Source of the DNA: Octopus vulgaris
Taxonomy: Eukaryota
Direction of reading: 5' to 3'
DNA: 64,000 nucleotides
Assembly: GCA_951406725.2 (NCBI GenBank)
Contig: OX597826.1
Location: 3,162,001 to 3,226,000 of the forward strand
In this document: positions 57,760 through 64,000 of the stretch, piece by piece
Numbering within the stretch: the first letter of the stretch is position 1
Layout of the letters: each line of letters begins with the position of its first letter
Position numbers and translations under genes: made by a program
Notes under the pieces: model-generated
What the model was told of the DNA's origin: nothing
Seen by the model: only the letters and a program-made list of their open reading frames with translations
The model's database searches: none

Positions 57760-58289
57760 GCTTTGTGTCGTTGTAGAGTGAAACGTGTTGCAAACTGTTC
57801 GAAAGCAAACAAAATGGATGGCAGTTTGAAGGAACATTACCAAGAGAATACGGTGGCTGTAATAGAAGTTCTCACCGAGATTTCGAAGGCTATTTTCGGA
57901 CTCAGTATCAGCGTGGTGCCTTGCTGTTGCGTTAAGGAAACAAGGCATTTACGGGTCAGGTTGTATGATCCTTAACCATTCAGCGAAGGTGACACGCAAC
58001 GTTATCATGAAAGTGTCCGGAGCGTAGGAGTGTCTGTGATATCTCTTTCTTCAATCATGAAAACCATTTCAGTAATGGCACCTTGCGCTAATAGATCAAA
58101 CATGTCTAAAGCAGCTTTGGCAGATTTCGGGCATTGACTGAAAGCAAAGACAAGTGTCTCTGGTATGTTAATTTTTTGTCTAAATGACACACGAAGAGAG
58201 GTGACATTTTATTCAAATTTTTAAGAATGGTAATGGAAATATGGAGTAACAAAACTGTAAAACCTCTCGAAAAATATTATCTTCTTACA

Positions 58290-58521
58290 ATTATATATTT
58301 AAAAGATGAAGAATTATGTACATTATTTACATTATTTACATTATTTTCATTTGACGGATATTTGTCCTTATCTCATTTGTTCTTAACACAATATTTCGGC
58401 TGATACACCCCCTCCTCCAGGCTTCCACCAGTTATCCTGGGGAAATTTCGGACCTGGGTTCTCATTCCTAAGTTATTGTTGTTGTTGTTGTTGTTGTTGT
58501 TATTATTATTATTATTATTAT

Positions 58522-58574
<53 letters not shown>

Positions 58575-58701
58575 TCATTATTATTCAGTTTACTCGAGTT
58601 TTGGGGTTAGTAGCCTATGCCCTTAACCACTACGCCATATGCCCGTGGGCAATTATGGAGTGGATATTTAGGGTTTACAAATCTAATATTTCCCTATCCT
58701 T
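58290..58701 (-). mobile_element. Composite repeat: tRNA-like head + (ACT/AAT/AAC)n + decayed hammerhead-like tail
   Basis: The minus strand reads gggcataTGGCGTAGTGGttaagggcataggctactaacccc (A-box, anticodon-arm-like; B-box lost). After the microsatellite comes CTGGTGG-a...tcagcc-GAAA-TAT-T-GTGT (58386-58431). Confidence 0.5.
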
Positions 58702-58711
58702 CCTTAATACC

Positions 58712-58940
58712 TATTTCTTTATTACCCACAAGGGGCTAAACACAGAGGGGACAAACAAGGACAGACATAGGTATTAAGTCGATTATATCGACCCCAGAGC
58801 GTAACTGGTACTTAATTTATCGACCCCGAAAGGATGAAAGGCAAAGTTGACCTCGGCGGAATTTGAACTCACAACGTAACGACAGACGAAATACCGCTAA
58901 GCATTTCATCCGGCGTGCTAACGTTTCTGCCAGCTCGCCG
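58712..58940 (-). mobile_element. Full-length SINE family A with target-site duplication
   Basis: A ccttaatacc direct repeat lies at 58702-58711 and 58941-58950 (partly overlapping the SINE termini). Head, B-box and tail are intact. Confidence 0.95.
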
Positions 58941-59287
58941 CCTTAATACCGGTTCCCATCTGCTATTCATATCTGCACTCGAACTGCTTAAGAGGTTGTT
59001 GTGTTCTAGCATATGTGCTGCTTCTTAATTCAAAATATTAGAGAGAGAAGAAGGAATGTATCTAAAAACCCAACAAGAGATCCTGTTAACTCAAGAATAA
59101 ATTATAATCACCCAAATGTATTGAGACACAACATGCCTATCACTTTTGTTGGTTTCTACTAAATACTTAAATCCTTTAAAATGTTTTAGCCCGAAGGCCG
59201 CGGCCATGCTGGGGCACCGTTTACTAGTTGACCAAACCACGTAAGCCGCACTGCTTTTACATGCATATGTATGTATATATATATATG

Positions 59288-59339
<52 letters not shown>

Positions 59340-59373
59340 TAAGAAAGTTGGTATATGAAAGCACGTGGTTGAA

Positions 59374-60021
59374 TATATAGAAAAAGTAAAAAGTGAAAAA
59401 ACTACAGAAGGCTTGTTTTAAAAGGTTAACAAATATATATTTGAGTCAATATGTCTGAAGAATGTCACAAACTTTTTACATACAATGACATAGTATAGAA
59501 GAAATGACCCGTTACGCGTTCAGCTTTTCAAATTTCTTAAAACGTTATGTTTACATTGAGTGGTGATCTAGACAATACAGAATGATACCCTTTAGTGAGC
59601 ACATTGGGAAATGCGCAAAGCAACTACTACCACAATTTCTAATCTTTCCATTCTACCAATGTGCTATCGGAACACCAACACAAATTAGACTAAACAAGGA
59701 AACATTCTTCATTGAAAAATACAAGCCCAAACTTAACCATTCCAACCTACTTATACAGAGAAAATCAATCCAAAAGAAAGGCAAATAATTTTAAGCGATT
59801 ATCTCCCTTACACCGGAAGAAATCACTTATTATCTAGATCACCGCTCAACGTAAACATAACGTTTTAAGAATTTGAAAAGCTGAACGCGAAACCGGTCAT
59901 TTCTTCTATACTATGTCATTGTATATAAAAAAATTATAACATTCTTCAGACATATTGACTCAAATATATATTTTTTACCTTTTAAAACAAGCCTTCTGTA
60001 GTTTTTTCACTTTTTACTATT

Positions 60022-60030
<9 letters not shown>
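59374..60030. mobile_element. PLE 3' end with an inverted copy of its terminal ~200 bp (fold-back)
   Basis: Arms ~59374-59577 and ~59828-60030 are reverse complements. The 250-bp spacer encodes a GIY-YIG-like tail, and the right arm carries GAAACCGGTC-ATTTC (59889-59903). Confidence 0.88.
59582..59788 (+). pseudogene. C-terminal fragment of a PLE GIY-YIG endonuclease
   Basis: IPFSEHIGKCAKQLLPQFLIFPFYQC...RLNKETFFIEKYKPKLN has the SEH...R..KE..FI....P.LN ending typical of PLE GIY-YIG domains. The GIY and YIG motifs themselves are absent. Confidence 0.75.
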
Positions 60031-60065
<35 letters not shown>

Positions 60066-60248
60066 GTGTGTATATATGTTATAGCAATAATCATGATGAG
60101 AATATAGAGACTGGTACATCTTCAAAATATTGTTCATTTAACAGTATGTCATACAGCAAAGTTCTATGCTTACGACGACCTACGCGTGTTTCCGTCCGGA
60201 TAATATATCGATCTAAACTAACAGACAGACAGACACACGCGCACGCGT

Positions 60249-60335
60249 GCACGCACACACACTCACGCAAACATGAAGCACGCACACACACTCACGCAAA
60301 CATGAAGCACGCACACACACTCACGCAAACATGAA
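60249..60335. repeat. 29-bp minisatellite, 3 perfect copies
   Basis: gcacgcacacacactcacgcaaacatgaa at 60249, 60278 and 60307. Confidence 0.95.
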
Positions 60336-60501
60336 GCACACACACACACATATATATGTATGTATATATATATTCGAAGGTTTGGAGATGATGTACAGGT
60401 ATTTTATATTAGAAGAAATGAGGTACTCAGAAAATCGGATGGTTTATATTTACAGATATTTATTTGTATATTACATCTTTATACATCATATAACATAGAT
60501 C

Positions 60502-60540
<39 letters not shown>

Positions 60541-61179
60541 CATACTCTCACACACACATGTATGCGTGTATAAGTATATATGCACGCGAAAGTATATATA
60601 TAGACATACCTATGTGTGTATACATATTAGCATTGGTAATATATGCATAACTCTTCTCTCAAAATGCAACAAATTTCTCGAACGTGTTCTGTATTTGTAA
60701 AAGAATAAAGTAGAGGTCGTTGGAAGGATTTAGGCTAATTTTCATAGCAACTCAGCCAAACAAGCAGATTTCTTGTCTCTAACTCTTGCACTTTTGTTGA
60801 AGTTTGAAGCGTGATGTTTACCCCATCGTATCTCTGTATGAGCAGCCCTATGTCAAATGATTATCCTATCTCAATGTGCAACATACGTTTCCAAATTATC
60901 AATTGTTACGACCCCATCATTTTATTGTCTAAATACAGTATATTTAAGTCCTCATTATCCATTGGGGCCTTCTTTAATGCGATAGAATTTATTTAGGTTA
61001 TATTACTAGCGACCTGAGCGATTAGGTAGACAATATCTCCTTGATTTATGTATGTGAGTGTTGTATGCGTATGTAAGAATGTGAACGATTGCTCGATTGT
61101 ACGTAACTAGTTGATGAAAGTGTCAATACGATATAGGTAGATTTTTAATGCGGTGGGTAATATATTGTGGACAGGCATT

Positions 61180-61463
61180 GAAATACCAAGAAGTAAAAGA
61201 AAAAGTGTAAGAAAATAAAAAAAGAACGATAGATGAAATACTGCAATAAGAATCAATAGACAAAAATAATTGAGAACTGTAAGAAAATCAAAAGTGATTG
61301 AGACAGGAAAGTATGGGGAGGGTAGAAAAGATGAATGTGGTCTGGTCATGCAAAATTGTGCAGCAATTTAGACTGAACAAAAAATTAAAGAAAATGCTGG
61401 GAGACAAGGAAAGACAGAGAAAGAGGGGGTGAGAACGTGAGTGAAAATGGATGAATGCAAGAA

Positions 61464-61494
<31 letters not shown>

Positions 61495-62080
61495 GAATTA
61501 GGAAGAAAGGTGGGTAGAAATAATGAAATGAAGGGAATGACGTGTGTGAAGATAAATGATAGAGTGAGAGAGTAAGAAAGGAAGCGAAGCGAGCAGGAGA
61601 GAAAGGAGAGAAAAAGTTATTACAAAAGCTATTGAAAAAGAGCGAAGGAACCAGAGGAAGTTAGTGAATGAGGGAAAGGTAGAGCGAGTAAAAGAGACAA
61701 GCAGAGAGAAGACCAAAGCAGAAAAGAAAGAGTGAACGATAGCAATAGAAAATTATTGAAAGAGAGAATCAAGAGATGTAAAATTTTTAAGAAGATGGGA
61801 GGGTCTGATTTGAGAAATTGTAGGTAGATCGGAAGATATTAAAACATCGATAGACAAAAATTGTAAAGAAGGGGGGAAAATAAAAGTGGAGAACCGATAA
61901 TGATTTGGAAAGCTCTGAACAGAGAAAGACAGAGTGAAACCGAGAGATATTGAGGGAGGTAACGCGGGCATGATAGAGAAAGGTTGAGAAAGAGAGAGAG
62001 GATTGAGATAAGAAAGCGTGAAAACAACAGAGATAGTAGAAAATCGAAATGAAAGACAAGAAAACGTAGAGATACATTAA
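61180..62080. repeat. ~900-bp purine-skewed (A/G-rich on +) low-complexity tract
   Basis: Visible strong G+A strand bias without a clean period; it produces F/L/S-rich pseudo-ORFs on the minus strand. Confidence 0.7.
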
Positions 62081-62573
62081 AATATAAAAACGTGTTGAGT
62101 TGAATGAATTCCTTCGAGTAATGAATTTAATAACTCCAGCCTATGAACTATGAGGAATGTGTCCGGATGGTTTCCGGGAATTATTTAAAATATCGACAAC
62201 ATTGACACTTAATTAAAGCACAAATCCATTGATTCATACGATAGGGTTGCTAAAATCGATAAAATCGAATTAAATCGACAGCAGACGGCTAAATTTCTTA
62301 ATGGACACGAATTTATTTGCATGTATTTTGTCCTTAATTGATTTAAAATAATATTATTTTAGTGACTGTTTTTTATCCCTTCATTATTGACAGTGTTATT
62401 ATTTTTATTATAATTCTCCTTCTTATTATTAATGCCATTTTGTTATGGTGTTTCTGTTAGTTTTTCGTCTAAAATGTCTTTCCAAACATTTCACACAGAA
62501 CAGAAAATCTTAAAGCCGAATAGGATAATTTAAGTCACCCAAAAAAAAAAGCTAACACACATGCACACGTATG

Positions 62574-62625
<52 letters not shown>

Positions 62626-62762
62626 CATCTCTCTCTTTCCCTTTCTCAGTCAATCTATCTATACATACATACATATATACATATACATATATATTTTATA
62701 TACACACACATATATATATGTGTGTATGTGTGTATGTATTTATATATACACATATATCAATA

Positions 62763-62827
<65 letters not shown>

Positions 62828-63252
62828 CGGAAGCAATATCTATATATATATATATATATATATATAATGCAACAAAAACAGAAAGTGAATCACATACATA
62901 TACATGCACAATATATGCACATAAATACACACATGTTTACGCTTTCGCATATATTTCGGGGACTCAGAAGACACTGAATTAAATACAAAGAAAACCAAAC
63001 GTACGTGCATAACTTAACCGTTCACATAAACCGCTGATCTCACACATACAAAGAACGATGGAATAATAAAATTAAACTAAAAAATATAACACAAAATTTT
63101 AAATATACTGATTCATGAAGTACCGAAGCAACCGAAACGCATGAAGTATGAAACTTTTACGATATAACACCGACCAGATAATAGCGACACACAACACTCA
63201 CAATTATTTAATCTGGAATGTAGCATATGATATATAGCTGCCAACAGATTAA

Positions 63253-63558
63253 ACAACAAGGAGTAGGATCTCCACTGCAGAACGAAGAGCAATTGAAACA
63301 GTTCAGAGAAGCAATTTCTATGAAGCAGCTTTCGATTATAACCCAGCAGTTTCTTCTGCAGATGACACTGGTGTTTCCATTGGTGCAATGAAAACTGATT
63401 TCATACGTTGTAAAGGAAGGAAGTGTCCAGGAGAAACACCTGCACTGCACTGCAGTGGTAGAAAGGATAAACTCCCTGCAATACACCAACCTCCAGAACC
63501 ATTGAACCACATATATATTAGAGTGCGCATAAAGTTACTAAGACCAGATATTTAGGGC
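63253..63558 (+). pseudogene. Helitron RepHel N-terminal region remnant
   Basis: The stop-to-stop frame reads ...RRAIETVQRSNFYEAAFDYNPAV...VSIGAMKTDFIRCKGRKCPGETPALHCSGRKDKLPAIHQPPEPLN. This resembles the AF.YDP...IG.M...C..C.A.K...E..G.CC..GKV.LP....PPEPL block upstream of the Helitron_like_N domain. Confidence 0.8.
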
Positions 63559-64000
63559 GATTACATTATATATAACATTTAACAGGCCGCGGGATTAAAA
63601 CAAGCCGCTATACTCATCGAGGGTCAGGATTAAATCTCACAATATACAATGATGTGACGTACAATGTACAGTAACGTGTAGGACGTTCAAACGGTTCTGG
63701 TAATACATTACATTGGTGGATGCAAACATTTAAAAGTCAATATATCCGCTTGCACTTTTTGTGTTGGTAAAACATTGCTTCATCGACGAGTGGCAACGGG
63801 CTCGACATATGAAATTTTGTGATTGAAAACTATACACATGTGCACAATTATATTTACGTGTGTGCGACACCATGATTGTATAATATATATATATATATAT
63901 ACGTCACCTCAGGCAGGAGAGGGGTACAATGATTTCCCTTTGTAAATACTGATCGTGACCAGACAGCGTGTCATTAGCTAGCTGGAGGAGATACCTTCCT

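Overview
AT-rich, microsatellite-saturated eukaryotic DNA. From recalled repeat families it looks like an octopus (coleoid cephalopod) intronic or intergenic region; this is inference, not a database result. No intact protein-coding gene can be supported, and almost all listed ORFs are (TA)n/(CA)n/trinucleotide artefacts. The window holds three tRNA-headed SINE families, decayed mariner, Tc1, Helitron and Penelope-like (PLE) coding fragments, and one TIR MITE. The main signal is a set of type I hammerhead ribozyme (HHR) motifs, read by eye, mostly in elements inserted in (TA)n tracts. (1) A 2 x 396-bp head-to-tail repeat (19556-20363) carries one intact HHR per unit. This is the retrozyme architecture and predicts a 396-nt self-excising, possibly circular RNA. 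(2) Several fold-back elements carry an HHR, intact or decayed, in each arm, always with the antisense copy transcribed first. (3) One fold-back turns at about the predicted cleavage site, and another retains the GIY-YIG tail of a PLE, the likely mobilising partner. (4) Non-canonical core features (A6U; A.A at the base of stem II) recur across copies or families. All folds are manual, and activity and novelty are untested.
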